Shown: positions 12,001 to 27,000 of the stretch, piece by piece
Numbering within the stretch: position 1 is the first letter of the stretch
Layout: the number at the start of each line of letters is the position of its first letter
Origin: Candidatus Omnitrophota bacterium
GTDB taxonomy: Bacteria; Omnitrophota; Gorgyraeia; Gygaellales; Profunditerraquicolaceae
Reading direction: 5' to 3'
Assembly: GCA_041309145.1 (NCBI GenBank)
Contig: JBFZAG010000152.1
Coordinates: 1-54,923, forward strand
DNA length: 54,923 bases
Program-made: the position numbers and the translations under genes
Notes under the pieces: generated by a model
What the model was told of the DNA's origin: nothing
Seen by the model: the letters and a program-made list of their open reading frames with translations, nothing else
Database searches by the model: none

Positions 12001-15000
12001 AACAATTCCCGGAGGAAGTCGAATTATGGCGAGAGTTCATGTTCAACGGCAAGCAATTCCCCGAATCAGTCTGGGAAGAGGCTTTTAAGGAGATCGAGAA
12101 TATCCAGGAAGAAAGAGACGGCAGATTATTCATTAAGGATACCGCGATCCAATTAAGCGTTCCCGTTCAGAAATTCAAGGATATGCCTAAGATCAGCATG
12201 AAATCTTACGATAAATGTTTAGCCTGCTCCTGGGTCGCGTTCATTACTCCGCCTCAAGCTGCGGTGACGATCTGTTCGGAATGGGGCGGGACTGAGGATT
12301 TTATCATGGGTAATTTACAGGATCAGGATCTGCAAGAAATCTGGCAGAGCGAGAGAAGGAGAGAAGTGCTTGATCTGGTCAATGCCGGAGCTCTCCATAA
12401 GCGATGCCCGCCGATCTGCGCCTGCCATGAATTAAACATTGTTTTAGCCGCCCTGGAAAAAGAAAAATCAGGGGAAAATCTTGAAAAGTTCAAAAGGATC
12501 GCCGAGGAATACGTCGAGCGCAATCCCAGGAATGAGGACGATTATTTTATCTGCTCCATAATCCCCATAACCCCTCGAATTATGAAAGCCCTGGGCAATT
12601 TCATCGAAAGAATTACCGAAACGATCAAAAATATTAAAGCTGTTGCTGTGCCGCTTTTATGGGAAGGCAGAATCGATTGGATCAAAAAATTCGGGACAAA
12701 AGAAGCTTCTTGCGCGATTTGCGGGAACAGGGACTTTGCGGCGATAGGCAAGATCAGGATAAACGGAAAAACATTGTATATCGTCAAATGTGCTGCTGAC
12801 GGTTTCATGTGGCTGAACCCGCAACCGCAAAGCGAATTTTACGATTCTTTATATTCGAAAGAATATTTTGAAAAGAACAGTAAAACCGAAGAATTATCAG
12901 AGCAGGTGGGTATTCTAGAGGATACCAATCCGGAAATAATAGTCAGGCGCAAAAACGACGCAAAAGCCAGGGTTGATGAGTTGGAAGCTGCTCTCGGCAG
13001 GAAAGGAAAGGTATTGGAGATCGGGTTTGCCAGCGGTTATGTATTGGAAGAGCTTAACAGGAGGGGTTGGGATTTCGAGGGCAATGAAATATCCGAATAT
13101 CAGATCAAGATCGCGCAAGAAAAAGGCCTGGGTGAGCATGTCAGATTGGGCAGTCTGCAGGATTTACATTATCCCGCCGAGAATTTTGACGCCGTGTTGC
13201 TTTACGACCTTCTGGAACATGTTCCCGATCCCAAAGGATATATGGAAGAAGTCCGGCGTATTTTAAAGCCGGGTGGAATAGTGATCATCAGAATGCCTAA
13301 TACGCCTGAAAGCGGACCGCAACTGCACCTTATCGATCATATAAGCCATTTCTCGGAAAAAACCTTAACGTTGCTTTTAAATAAGGTCGGATTCGAAGTG
13401 CAGGCTGTAAATGCTACCGGTATTTTTAAAGCCTCAAAAGATAGAGTGATTAATAATATTACCGTGATCTCTCAAAAGACGATCAGCAAAGACGGCGGTT
13501 TATACGAAGAAATCCGGGATAAAGACGGCAAACTGGCAGCTTTTATCGTTAATACCGCAGCTAAGATCGATGGCAAATTCGTTCCTTTAACCCAGGATAC
13601 CAGCCTGGCGTTCCAGCTGGCCATCAATCAGGGCAAAAAAGGGGAAAAAGGCAAAGCAATCCATTATCATACTCCCGCTCCCGGACAGAGCGCGCCCCGC
13701 CAGGAGATCCTGATCGTTCTGGAAGGAAAGATCAAGGGTCTGATCTATGATTTGAACGGCGCCTTTATAAAGGAAGTCCTGGTCAACAAAGGAGAAGCTA
13801 TCCAGTTCACCCAGGCCCACAATATCGAGTTTATGGAGGATGCGACTATCCTGGAGATCAAGCAGGGGCCGTTCCCTGGGCCGGAAAAGGATAAGGTGGT
13901 ATTTGCGGCCCGGGACGGCGGATCATCCGGAGTAATTTCGAGGCGCCATAATGTTAACAGCAAGTTCAGCCGTATTCCCTGGTTGATCAAACAGATGACA
14001 GAAGAAGAGATCCAACGCGTGGTCGCCGGATTGCCGTTGACAGTTCCCGCGTATGTAGAGCTCCATCCCTACTATTACCAGAACGAAGCGAATTTCCCCT
14101 GCAATAACGATTGCCGCCATTGCACCAGGCGTATGGATAAGTTCGCTCTGCACAAGTCCGGATGTATCGGCACCATTCCGGAAAAGATGCTGGCTTTGAT
14201 CCCGGAATTCAACGGCAAGCGGGTCCATGAATTTGTGATCGCCGGCAACAGCACTGAACCCCTTTTATATCCGCGGATCGACGAAGTGATCAGAAGGATC
14301 AAGGATTCCGGTTCATCTCTGAGGCTTTACAGCAATTTTTATTACGGCGACAAGCTGGTAGAGGTGGCGTCTTACCTGGATGACCGGGATCTGATCAAGA
14401 TCAGCCTTGACGCGGGAAGTGACCAAGCTTATTACGCGACGCATCGTCCCTTAAACCATGACCGCACGGCCTTTAGCCGGATTCTGAACCACGCTGAAAA
14501 CTTACTTGAGGCCCGAGACGATAATGCCGGTAAGTTTGAATGCATGATCGGTTTTCTGATGACACAGCTGAATACCGCCAGGAAAGACCTGGAATATATC
14601 GTCAGATGGGCCGCACGCCACGGGGTTGACTCTATCGGTTTCATCCGGCCTCTCGCTCCTACCGAGCATAATGAGGAGTTTTATCCCTTAACCGAGCAGG
14701 ACATGAAAAGAGTCCAGCGGCAGATGTTGACGATCGCCAAAAAATACGGGGATGATATAGAGATCGTCTTCAGCCTGAAAGAATCCATTCCTCCGGAAAG
14801 ACAATTCCCTGCCTGCCATTATTGGAAGATGGGCGCGATCCTCAGCTCCCGGGGGATCTTTACTCCCTGCACCGCTACCGCGGAAGGACGCCATATCGGA
14901 TCATTCGGGCTGGGCAACATCAACGATGATAATTTTGATTTCTGGGGGTTCTGGAGTAATCAGAATAAATGGCCGGATATAGACGTCAGCCTGTGCCCGG

Positions 15001-18000
15001 AATGCACCAGGGGCGAGATGCAGTTCAATGATTATATCCACGGGCGGATCAATGGTTTGCTTGACGGCGGGTCAGCCGTGCTGGACGAACAAACCGCCCG
15101 GCAATATATCGACGCGGGTTGGAAGTTCGATTTCAAGAGAACTCTTCGCGCTGCCTACAAGCGGGAATGGAAGAAAACACTCCAGACAAAAGCAAAAAAT
15201 ATTGTTGCCAAGACTTTGATCGGAAACAACTGGTTTAATCGCGAGAGTAAGGAGTTCATCTCTTATGTTATCCATCCCGACAAAGATATGGCCGATAGGC
15301 TTTACGATACGGCAAGAAGTTTTAAGTCCCTGATGCCCGAAATAAGCTTAGACAAGCTGGGCGACGCCACTTTCGATAATATTCCGGCTATGTCAGCCTG
15401 GTATCAGGCCCCCAGTACTTACCACATCACGGTTTTTGCGATAAGAGGGACGATCGCCGAGGATAAGGCCAATGTTTTATATCAAAAGGTCGCCGCTAAA
15501 AAGAGTGATTTGACTGCAGCGCTTGCGGGTATACCGTCTTTCACAGTGTTCGTTGAAGGGTTGATGCTGACCGACAACGGGACCCTCTTAGCCAAAGGCA
15601 TTGTCACCAACGGCAATCTTTTCAAAATTAAGAGAGTGCTTAAACAGTTCAGCGCGCCCATTGATCCGGCTTTCGCCGCTCAGCCGACTCTGCCTTTTGT
15701 CCATATGAGCCTGGCTCGGATAGTCGGCAAAATTGATCCTAAAAAGTTCAAAAATCTTAAGTCCAAGATTAAGGGTAGAAAGTATACGGAGTTCGGCCGG
15801 TTTAGCGTCGACTCAATTCGATTCGCCCATTCAGATGTTTATCTAAAATGGGCAGACAGCGACTACACCATGTTTAAGCTCAAGGACGGCGGCGAAAAAA
15901 CGTTAGCTGAAAGAATAAAGGATAACGAGGCAATATTGAACAGGCGTTTCTTCGGATTGACTGAGACAGTTGTGCTCAAGATAGACGAACTGGGTAAAAA
16001 GGAGGCAAATAATCCTCAACAAATGGCAACTCTTGAGGAAATTCTCAGCGGAATAGAAGAAGTTAAGGAAAGCTTGTTTAAGGACGATATGGAACAGCGC
16101 CTAGAAGCGTTACGACGGCTCAAAGATATGGGTAAAAAGTCTGTTTTGGAGCATTCCGGGGCTGAAGAGATGCTTGATTTTGTCGATTTTCATGTTCACA
16201 CTTTCTTTAGCGACGGATTATATTCGCCCGCCTTTATAGTTTATCTTGCCTGGAAAAAAGGACTGAAAGCGATCGGAGTGGTCGACCATAATACTGCCCG
16301 CCATTTCGAGGAAGCTGTCAAAGCAGCGCAGATACTCGGGGGCATCACGGTTATTCCCGGTATAGAAATGGATATTTCCACCAAGCCGAATGACGGTAAG
16401 AACTTCCTGGAGTTCGTCCACATTATTGCTTATTTTCCTTACGGCTCAGGCATCATAGGAAGAAGTGATGAAAAAGAATTTCTTGACTGGCTAGAAGGAT
16501 TCAGGGGGAGCGATTTCTGGAAGGCGGCGGAACTGCGCAGGCGGATGAACAATAAGAAGCAGGAAATGATCCGCCAGCGGTTGAATGGGAGCATATATTA
16601 CAAAGATTTGAAGCCTGTCGCATTGTCGGATATTTTTCGGCATTCTCCAGACCACGCGAGCTGGTTCCAACTGGCTGGGCTGCTCTCTGAAAATGAAACG
16701 TACAAAAGCGGGCTCTTTTCGAATGTCCCGCAGAATATGGTAAGGGAATATTTAGTTAGGGATTTAACGAAAGCGGAAGAGAAAAAGAAAGATGCAGCTA
16801 AGAGAAAATCCGCAGATCAGATAAAGGAAGAGGCGGAAAAGATTTCCGCTGAGATTGTCGCTGGAAAATTCGAACCGAAACATGTCCGCGGATTCTATTT
16901 CGAAGAAAATAAGTTTGGCAAAGAGGAGCTGCGCAGACCCGCTGATTTCTGGAAGAAAGGAGGGTTCGGGCTTGATCTTGGAGAATTTTGTGCGCTTGTG
17001 AATAAATGGAATGCCCTAGCTGTCTTAGCCCATCCCATAGAAGACAGGAATTATTGGGAAGGCAAAAAACGTGATTATAAGGAAGCGACAACCGCGAAAA
17101 AGGTAGAGATGCTCAAAGAGGTGTTGCAAACAATAATCGCCAGCTATCCTGAATTCGCGCATACGCTTAAAGGCGTGGAAATATACAGTTCTAAATTCCC
17201 GGCCCGGTCCGACATGAATGTTTTTGAAGCGCTTATCAAAGATATTTTCGGAGAGAGCATTATCTTCATTCTTGGCAGCGACAGCCACTATAACAATAAT
17301 GAGCCTGATGAAAAAGGCGTCGAAATGGCCACCGGCAAGGGCGGCAATCTAAAAGAGATAAATAAAGAGCTGGCCCCGGGACTGTTCGAGAGCTTCATGA
17401 AAGTGTCCGGAGATCTTATGAATAAGGATGGGGGGCAAAAGATAGAGATTGATAAAAACGTCTGGCTTGATGTGGAAAAAAATGAGCTTGTGATAAGGAG
17501 ACGTCTTCGCGATCCGTGGATAAATTATTTTGGTATTTTTCCCAATCAGCTGTTTGGGAAGATCACCCATACCGCCGCAGGCACAACGTGGTTCAAAGAG
17601 GCTCTAAAGAATCGTCTGACCAGAGAAATCATTTTAGGGAGCGCCAAGGATTCTATCGGAAGATGGCTTTATATTCGCGATAATGAAACCGGAAAGTTTT
17701 TCTCCCCGACTATAAGGCCGACTACGGGCATAACGCTTGATTTCTATGAGTGCCGACACGGTTTGGGTTATACCATAATTACAGGAGAATATCTGGATCT
17801 CCGTTGCACGATAACGTATTTTATCCCTAAGAAAAAAGGAATCAAGGGGAATATTGAAGTGCAATCAGTTATTATTGAGGATTTAAGCGGCAGGAAAAGA
17901 GATCTATCTGTTTTCTCTTACCGGGAATTTGTTAATGATTCCGCCTTAGAAGAAATTACCCAAATCCAGAACACCGCTTATATTACTGATGAGTTTGTTC

Positions 18001-21000
18001 AAAAAGGGAATAAGATCATTTGGTGCTTAACCGGCAGAACTCGGAATAATCCTAATAAGCCTTTATATTTCTTCGCTTCGACTGAAAAAGCGGTCGGATT
18101 TGACACTAATCTAGTCACATTTACGGGAGAAGATTCTGATTTGCACAATCCGGAAGCAGTTAAAAACGGAAAATGTAAGAATTCTGTCGCTGATACGGAT
18201 TCTGTTGTAGGCGTTTTACAGGTAAACCTTGAGTTGGAAGGAAAAGATAAGAAATCGCTCGCCTTCATTCTAGGAGCAATAGAACAAAAGATTGATCAAG
18301 ATAAGGTCGATAATATCAAACCTGATAAATTGACACAGTCACTGGCAAGTTCATTGCTTAACGATTGGCGGAAAAATACGGAAAATAAGACCGCCCAGGA
18401 AATAAATGCCATAAAAGACCATTTTAACGATAAATTATCGGTTTTTAAGTGCCGGTTGCCGAAAAGCGAAATCGCCATGGAGCACATGATCAATGTCTGG
18501 GATGCTTATGATGTCTTGATCAATCATCTATTTTCCCGTTCCATCGCGGATTATGCCTCCGGCCTGAGCCGGCCTAATATGGGGACCAGAGATTCTGCGC
18601 AGGATATTTACGGACTGGTCCAATTAGACCCGAAAAAAGCCCGTAAGAGGATCCTGGATCTATTCAAGTATGCTCAGCTGGAAAAGGGCAATTGTTTCCA
18701 TCAGTTTAATGTCATAGATAAAAAGGGTGAAGGGGAAACTGACTTTTCCGATGATCATCTCTGGATCATATTGGCGGTAGTAGTTTATATAAAAGAAACC
18801 GGCGACTTCGGAATTTTAGATAAAGAGATCGGTTATGCCGATAACAAGAATAAAAAAGAAACCGTTTATAAGCACATGTTCAGGGCAATTGAGTACACGA
18901 TGGGGAACTGCGATCCCGAAACAGGCTTACCCTGGATGCTCAGGGCTGATTGGTGCGACGCTTTTAATCCTCTTTACAAAGGGCATCTGGCCGCGGCCTA
19001 TAGAAAGAAAGTCGGTAAGCTTGAGAAGAAAGGTTATACGCGCGACGAAGCGGTCAAGATCGTAATGAAGGATTCCAAGGCTACCTCTGCCATGGTCGCA
19101 ATGATGCTGGTTTTCATGGCCAAAGAATTAAGAGAAATAGCGGACAGGTCTAATAAGCGGTCCGGAAAAAAATATTTAGATAATGTTATCAGCAAAATGA
19201 GCCAGAATATAAACAAGCGCGCCTGGTTCAAAAACGGGGCGGACGAAGGTTGGTATGCCATGGGCACAGATTTTAACGGAGAATTTTTCGGAACTCCTGC
19301 CAAAGATGAAGTCAATATCTGGCTACTGCCGCAAGTCTGGGCATTGCTTTCCGGAGTTGCAGATAAGAAGCAGGCTAGAAAAATAATTAAATCTGTGGAC
19401 CGATATCTTTTTGGAAAAAATTACGGGTTGCTTTTGTTCAGCCCGGCGTACAAAACTAAATGCCCCGAAGGTTTTAATATTACTTATTACCCTGCTGGAA
19501 TGAAAGAGAACGCGGCAAACTTCTGCCATGCTAACGCCATGGCGATCGCAGCTTTTGCGCTAAAGACGGATGAAGGCGACATGGTTTATAAATGGTATAA
19601 AGCGTTATTGCCTCCAGAAGCCTGTAAGAAGCTGGGGGTGAATAGATATTTAGCTCCTCCGAATACGCATGCCCAGTTACGTACCGGGCCCGAATACAAG
19701 ATCAGCGGAATGACAAAAGGCTCGAGGCTTACTGGAACTGCCAGTTGGAGCTATTGGGGGGAATGCCAGTATATTTTAGGAATAAGGCCGGAATACGATG
19801 GTTTAGTGATCGATCCCTGTTTGCCGTCGAAATGGGATTTAAGTAAAAAACCAGTAATAATATTAAGAAAATTCCGAGAAGTTACCTATGAGATATCGAT
19901 AAAGAAAGACAAAGGCGTAACCAAGGGGGTGAAATCAATTCTTGTCGATAATAGAAAAATTTCCGGCAAGAAGATCACTTTCCAGAATGGCAAAAAGAAT
20001 GTCAAAGTCTCAGTAATTATGGGCAGAGACGGCGGTGAAAAGATCGATACCGCTTTTGAAAAAGGATTTTTTATTTTAATTGCAGGGAAAGCGGTTTCAA
20101 AAGAATTGGCTGACCGGAAAGGTAGCAATGATGTGGGCGCGCTGGTCGGCGGGAATATGGTTATCAGGGAAGGAATTCATGTAGAGGTCGCTGACAAGAA
20201 GAAAGACGGGGGAAAGAATTGGGTTGCGATCGATACGCTGAATCAGAATAAGCTCGATGAATCTTCCCTTAAAAATAACCCCGCGTTGTTTGTTTATGGC
20301 CCAACCATGGTTGCGGGATGTCCGTTCAATAAAGAAAAGGGAGGCGAAGAGTTCCTGGATACCGCGCAAAGTATTACGAAAGCATTAAAGGATATTTTCG
20401 GCGACCAGGTGTCTGTGTACGAGACTAACCATATGCATTGCACGATAGGAGCCATCAGGGGGGGAGATTACAAAAATCCCGGCAAAATTCTTACCTCGCT
20501 TGATCCGGCGGATATTGATTCGATGCAAAAAGTGTTGGAATCGGGCAGTTTTTTTAAGATCAAGCTTGAAAGCGTTATCATTGCTTCACAGGGCGAGATC
20601 CTGATATTAGGTCAGGGTTTTGATCCGGGTTCGTCTTCCGTTATGTCGGAAATACGGGTCGGGCTGTCTGAAAAGGCGCATTTCGATATACGGTCGCATA
20701 ACCGCGGAAACCGGGCGCATGTTGCAATAGGATATTTTAAGGCAATGCCGCGGCAGGCTGATCTGGAATTGTTCAAAAGCCGGGTTGAAGCCATGCTTTC
20801 CGGGCGCGCAGCCGGCAAAGACTGGTTTGCCGAAGTTGAAGTTACCCGTTTCCTGCTGGCGCATTATGCTCATCGGAGCCTTAACCGGATCGCCGCAAGC
20901 GTTGAATTCAAGCTGGGCGCTCGATCATCCCATAATGCAAATGATATTCATCAGATCTTGATCGAAAAAGCCGAAGGATCGCCTTTAGATACGACAGGAG

Positions 21001-24000
21001 CGCTACGGGAATGGCTGGAAGAAAAAATCAGGCTCGAGAACAAGACCGGGCAGGAGCGGATTTTCCGGCTGGAGCAGCTTGTTTCCGTCATCCGCAAACA
21101 GGGGTTGGTAGACGAAGATGATGCTCGGAAACTTTTATCGATGACCGGAGCTGACGGCGGTATTTCCGGTCGCGCGAAGGGATCTATTCTAATATCTGAA
21201 GCCGCTGCCAGGATAGCTTCTTTGTGCGCTACCGGCGCCTCGGAGAAGATCTTTGTAGCATTCCCGTTCAACGAGCGGGAAGATAACAGGAGCGACTTGG
21301 AAATCAGGGTGCCTGTTGCGTGCACGGAGGCAGACCGGCTCCTGATCGCGGAGTTTATTCTGGCGCGAGTCCTGAATGTTATGCTCGTTAACGCCGGCCC
21401 CGAAGCAGTCATTTCCGCGCCGGACGGCTGGCAGAAAATTCTTGCCGCTACCCGGGATAGGTCGTTCTATTTCCGGAAAGCCGGGAAAAGCCTGGCCGGG
21501 TATTATGGAACTTTCTCTTTGAGGATCGAGGGCTTCGACAAAGCCCCGAAAATAGAGGCGATCAAGCATTCAGCGGCAGGGTTTTCGCTGCTTCACGGCG
21601 GATCAAGCGGAGTCTTCCTGGGGTTTGATTTTGGCGGCACCGGCATTAAAATGGCTTTCTTGGCCCAGGGCCAAGAGAAATATATAGGGAAGATCACCCC
21701 CGGGGTTTACTCGTTCAAGGACGCCGATGATTATGTCGGTTTTATCCGGAAAGCTTTTGAAGAGGGAAAGCAGGCTTTACAGATTCAGGCGAAGACCGGA
21801 AAAGTTGACGGGATCGGCGTTTCCTGGAATACGTCAACCCGGGGCGATGAGCCGGTATTGGGAGGTAAACAGGCCGACAAATTAAAGACAGGCCGTAATA
21901 ACGGTCCGTTCGATCTCGGGATGACCATACGCGCGATCGCCGAAGAAGTTTTCGGGAAAGATGTCCAGGTCACCATCCGCAACGACGGTGATTGCGGGGC
22001 GGCGCAGGCTGTATTTGCGGCCGGAAAGATCAACAATGTGACTTATTTAGGTCTTGGGTCGGGAGTGGCATTCGGCCAGATCGATGAAGCGGGGCGGACT
22101 GCGCGCGGATACGGGGAAGCGCATTTTGCCCGGATAGTTCTCGGCGAAGATCAGGTCGCGGAATTTGGGACGCCGGGAGCGCTTTCTTATTATGTCGGAC
22201 AGGCCGGATTTGTGCGGATCGCTCAGGAGCTCGGCCTTATTCCTGCCAACACGCTGACTTTCGAGCAGATGTCCTCGGAGGTGTTCAAGGTTATTTCTTT
22301 GGCAAACAGCGGTAATGCCGATGCCATGGAGCTTGCAAAGATCATGGGGGGTTATCTCGGGGAAGGGATCTTGGAGCTTAGCCGGGCATGGCCCGTAGAA
22401 ACGGTGGTCGTTGGCGGCGGGTTGACAACGGGCGAGTTTGGACTGACCATGACCCGCGCAGCCCAGGCAAGCATCTTTAAGGACGATCCGGCGTCTCCGC
22501 TCAGGGTGATCCGCTATCCCGAGGAATCTTCCGGGGTCAGCTCGCTCGGCGCAGCCAGGGTTGCCCAGGCGCGGTATTATCATCTTCGCCAGCGCAGCAA
22601 GCTGAAAGAGGCTCTCGCGCGGGAATACGACGCGTATCTGTTCGATGTCGATGCGACTGTAACTTTGAAGAACGACCTGTTTTCTCCGCAGATAATCGAG
22701 ATGCTTGTTAGTCTCGCGGCGGCCGGGAAATATGTGGTATTGTGTTCCGGCCGGCCTTTCGTTGCCAACGAGGAAGAGCGGAATGAGGGTAAACACGATA
22801 TGAAGGAAGTTTTTGATGCGCTTACCCGCGTTGCCCTTACCCGCGGGGCGTTGGCTGAAATACTTCCGCGGATCTTTTTTGTCTGCGGCAACGGTACGTA
22901 CGTGGTGCGGGCAACGGATCTTTCATCCAGGGAATGGATGCGCGGCGAGCCGATCTTTACGCTTGAACAGCAGCAAGAGATCTATGACGCGCTGAAAGCG
23001 TCTCCGAAAGGCGGCAAGGTGCGCCTGATCGAACACGGCCAGGAAAAGATAATGTTCGCCATTAAATTGCATAAGGATTGTTCTAAAGAAGAGCGCGCCG
23101 CTCTTCGGGCCGCTCTTGAGGAGATCGCCGGACAATATTTTCCCGGCCGCTTCCATATATTGGAGAGCAGGTATACCTTTGACATCGTCGCGAAAGACGC
23201 GGACAAATACATGGCCATCGAATACCTGGCAACCGCGCTGGGGATCCCCGAGCACCGCATCGCCGCAGTAGGCGATTCCGGGACAACGGAAGGGAATGAT
23301 TTCCGGATAACTAACCGCCGGGGAGGGTTTAGCGTGCTTCGATCAGCGGGAACCGACGAGCAGGTGAGCGTGCCTTCCGCTACGGGGTTGGTTTTTGCGT
23401 CTGCCACCGAGTTTGTGCTGAAGGGTTTTCTTTTGAAGGCGCAGCAGCAGGCAAATGAGCGGAAATTAATGGAGGCGCTCCTGCGTTTCGCGAATACGGC
23501 TGCCGGTAAGGATCAGCAGAAGAATGTTGAAGGCGAATCAGTCTTGTGGGAGCTTGAGAAAAATGATTTTATCGCGCTTCTCGGCAGTTTCGTTCTCAGG
23601 GAGAAAGCAGAAATCAATCTCAGAATACGCGACGGGCCGAACGGCATGGCTTTATCCCGCGTTATCAGCCGCCTCAATAAGTTCGCTGTTTCCGCCGCTT
23701 TTCAATATTATCTGCGCTGGCATAACCGCCCGGATCTGGAATGGAAAGCAGGGCTTTTTGTCTACGGCAGCAATTCCAAAGGTTGGGCGGTCAACGGCTC
23801 TGATTTTGATTTCGCACTAGTTACTGACGAAGATATGTTAATTTCGGAACGCGATGAATTGTATCATTTCCTCAGAGATATTATCGCTTGCTTAGGTTTC
23901 GGCAAGGTTTCTCCTGCCATACAGACTTTCCCATTCTCCGGATTAGCCGGCACGCTTTCAAGTAAAATGGACCATAACCGTTTCAACGAATTGATGCTGT

Positions 24001-27000
24001 TCGCCGGTTCTCCCGAACTCGCGCTTAAAGTTGACGCGGCTAAACAGTCTTTGTTCCGCGATCTGGCAGAGCAATTCGCATTTAATAGCCTGGCAGTGAA
24101 TGAGAAAATGACGCGGCATATCAAAAAGAGCCCGGGGGCTTTGAGAGATATCAGCCGCTTGATCTGGCTGGGGCAGATTTATTTATTGATCACCAAAGGC
24201 AGGTTTGTCCAGGATCCGTTGGTTTCATCAGAGATCTTCAGTCTGGCTGAACGGGAGCGGATTTCGAACGCCCTCGATTTTCTCCTGGAAGTCCGCGATG
24301 AGCTGGATCGCGCTTCTTTGTCCCGCGGCATTCTTGATGATCAGGCCTGCGAGCATTTAGCCGGAAATTCGCCGTGGGCCAGCTCGCCCAAGGAAATCAA
24401 AGACAGGTTCATAATACATACAAACGACATCAGGGCGATCAAAGAACGGATAATAAAAACAATTATTGAGGCTCTTCCGGCAGAGGTCAAATCCGGTTTT
24501 AATTGCCTTTTTGACGCTCAGGGAATATTTAATCATAATCTATCTGTTCAGGAATACCTGGAATATGCCGGAGGTTCGACAGCGCTGAGATACGCTATTG
24601 CTCTTCATTGCATCCATGAGGAAGTCCTTGGCTTTCTTTCTCAGGGGGCCAACTGGTCTGTCCGCCACGCCTTGGCTCAGAATCCCCGCGCGACCCCGAA
24701 AATTCTCTCCAGCCTGGCGCTCGACAGATCTTATGAGGAACGCGACGTCAGGCTCATGGTTGCCAGGAACAGCCGGACGCCCATGAAGACCATTACCCGT
24801 CTTTTGAACGATAACGCGGAAGTGGTCAGAAAAGAGGCTGCCAAGAGCCTGGAAAACAGGCTGATGAGCGGATTATCAAAAGAAGAGAAATTAGTCATGC
24901 TCCTTTTTCCCAACACCCCGAAACCTTTGGATCTGCCCGAGCATCGCAGGGTCAGGGAAAAATTCGGGGAAGACTTGTGCCAGGTCTGCGAGCGGGAGAT
25001 GCAGACATTCGACGATGTCCTGCGCCATATCAATTCGATCATCGATCATCTGGAACTTCCCTTGCTGTTTACGATCAACCAGGAAGGCGGCCGCCTGAAT
25101 GAGTTCAACACTCATCATACCCTTACTGCCGGGAATATGGGTTTGGCCGCGATCAGTGATCTTGAAGAAGCGAAAAGGTATACCTATCTTGCCGCGTCAA
25201 TCATTGCCGGAGAGCTTCGGGCATCGGGAGTAGCGTGGAATTTCGCGCCGGACGCTGATCTCATTGCGGCTTATAGAAACAGGGACGTCGGGACTCGTTC
25301 GTTCGGCAGCGATCCCGTTCGCACCTCAGCTCTTACCGCAGAATACGTAAGAGGAATGCAGGATAACGGGGTTATAGCTACCGCGAAACATTTTCCCACT
25401 TATGGCAGGATCGAAACCGACGCCCATGCCGGTTTATGCACTATTTCTTCGGACCCGTTGGACCTCGAGCCTTACAAGGCGGCAATACAGGCCGGAGTTG
25501 AATCTATCATGCTCGGCCACGTAATCGTGAAAAATTGGGATGCCCAGCGCCCGGTCAGCGTTTCCCCGGAAGCCATTCGAATGATCAGGGAGGATCTCGG
25601 ATTCGCGGGAACAATCGTCACCGACGGTTTGAGCATGGGAGCTTTAGAGGAATATTATAAACAAAAGGGGAGCGATTCAACCCAGGCCGCGGTCGACGCT
25701 TTCGCTGCGGGCGCCGATATTCTTCTTTATGTCCAGGATTTTACCCATAAGAGGACAAAAGAAGAGCAGGCTCAGGGAGACGACCGCAAGATGGCGGATT
25801 TCAGAAGGATCCGCGATGCGGTCAGAGCGGCAGCTGCGAAGTTCAGCGAAGAAAGGATAAATGCGTCATTCCGCCGGCTTATCAGCCTTATGATCCGCTA
25901 TGGGATATCGGAACCGCTTTTGCCTGAGAACCGAAAGTTACTGAAAACTCCGGAATCCGCTCTTGTTATGGAACGGATCGCCGAACTTTCCGCGACGCTG
26001 GTAAAAAATGATTATTCTGTCCTGCCGTTGGATCCCGGAACAGGCCGGATCCTGGTAGTGAGCATTATTCCCGGGATGACCGCGCTCACCGATAAGACCT
26101 GGTATACCCCCTGTTCTTTGTTCCCGTTCATCCGGGAGTTTGAACCGAATGCCCGCGATCTGCCGGTCAATTTGCTCTATGATAAGGAAACTAAAACATC
26201 CCCCGATATCAAGGCCGAACTCGAAAAAGTCTTGCGGGCTGCCGAGGAAGCGGACATTATCATCGTCCAGACCTATAATGCCTATCTTCCGGACGTGATC
26301 ACGGGATCCCGCGACCAGCTTGAGATCGTCAACGCCTTGTTGCGGCAATACGCAGGGCAGAAGAAGGTGGTTGTGGTATCCACCGGCGCTCCGTACGATG
26401 TTATGGAGTTCCCCGGGGTTGCCGCGTTTCTCGCGGTTTACAGCCCTTCGCCGGTATCGCTGGCCGCCGCAGGGAAAGCGATCTATGGTCGGATACAGCC
26501 TTCAGGCCGTCTGCCGGTAGCCATTCCGGGGTTATTTCCGCTGGGAAGCGGCTTGACTTACTGGCAGTATGAAAGTTTGCGCGATCATATCTTGGAAAAA
26601 TACGGAGTTGATCCTTGTTTCCTTAATATTCCCCAGGCTTACGGATCGCATGCCGAAGGGCCCATGCTTGACGATCATCTCAGGTTGATGCTGCGCAGGC
26701 TGGAATCGCTTGTCAACGGCAGCGACGCGGGCGTGCCCGAAGGATGGCAGAGGGCGGCTATTCGCAACCAGAATCTGTTGAAAGATTATATTTTCCTTCA
26801 TGACTCGGCAAAAGCCCAGGTTATAAAAATATTCATTAATGACCAGGAGAAAAAGCGCGCGGAATATGAATCCGCAGACAACGATGTAAGAAAAGATCCG
26901 GCGCGCACGCGCATTACCTTCTCCGGCCACGAAGAGCTCGCTTACAGGATGGTTAACGGCCGGGTTTCTGAGCTCCTGGCTCAGATGATCAAGCTGCACG

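Noticed and set aside
22047-22796. 249-aa minus-strand ORF
   Set aside because: It is antisense to the ROK-like and HAD-IIB domains in + frame 3 (DFGGTG, DxD and GDS..ND motifs). Its translation is Arg/Pro-rich and low in information, so it is a shadow ORF.
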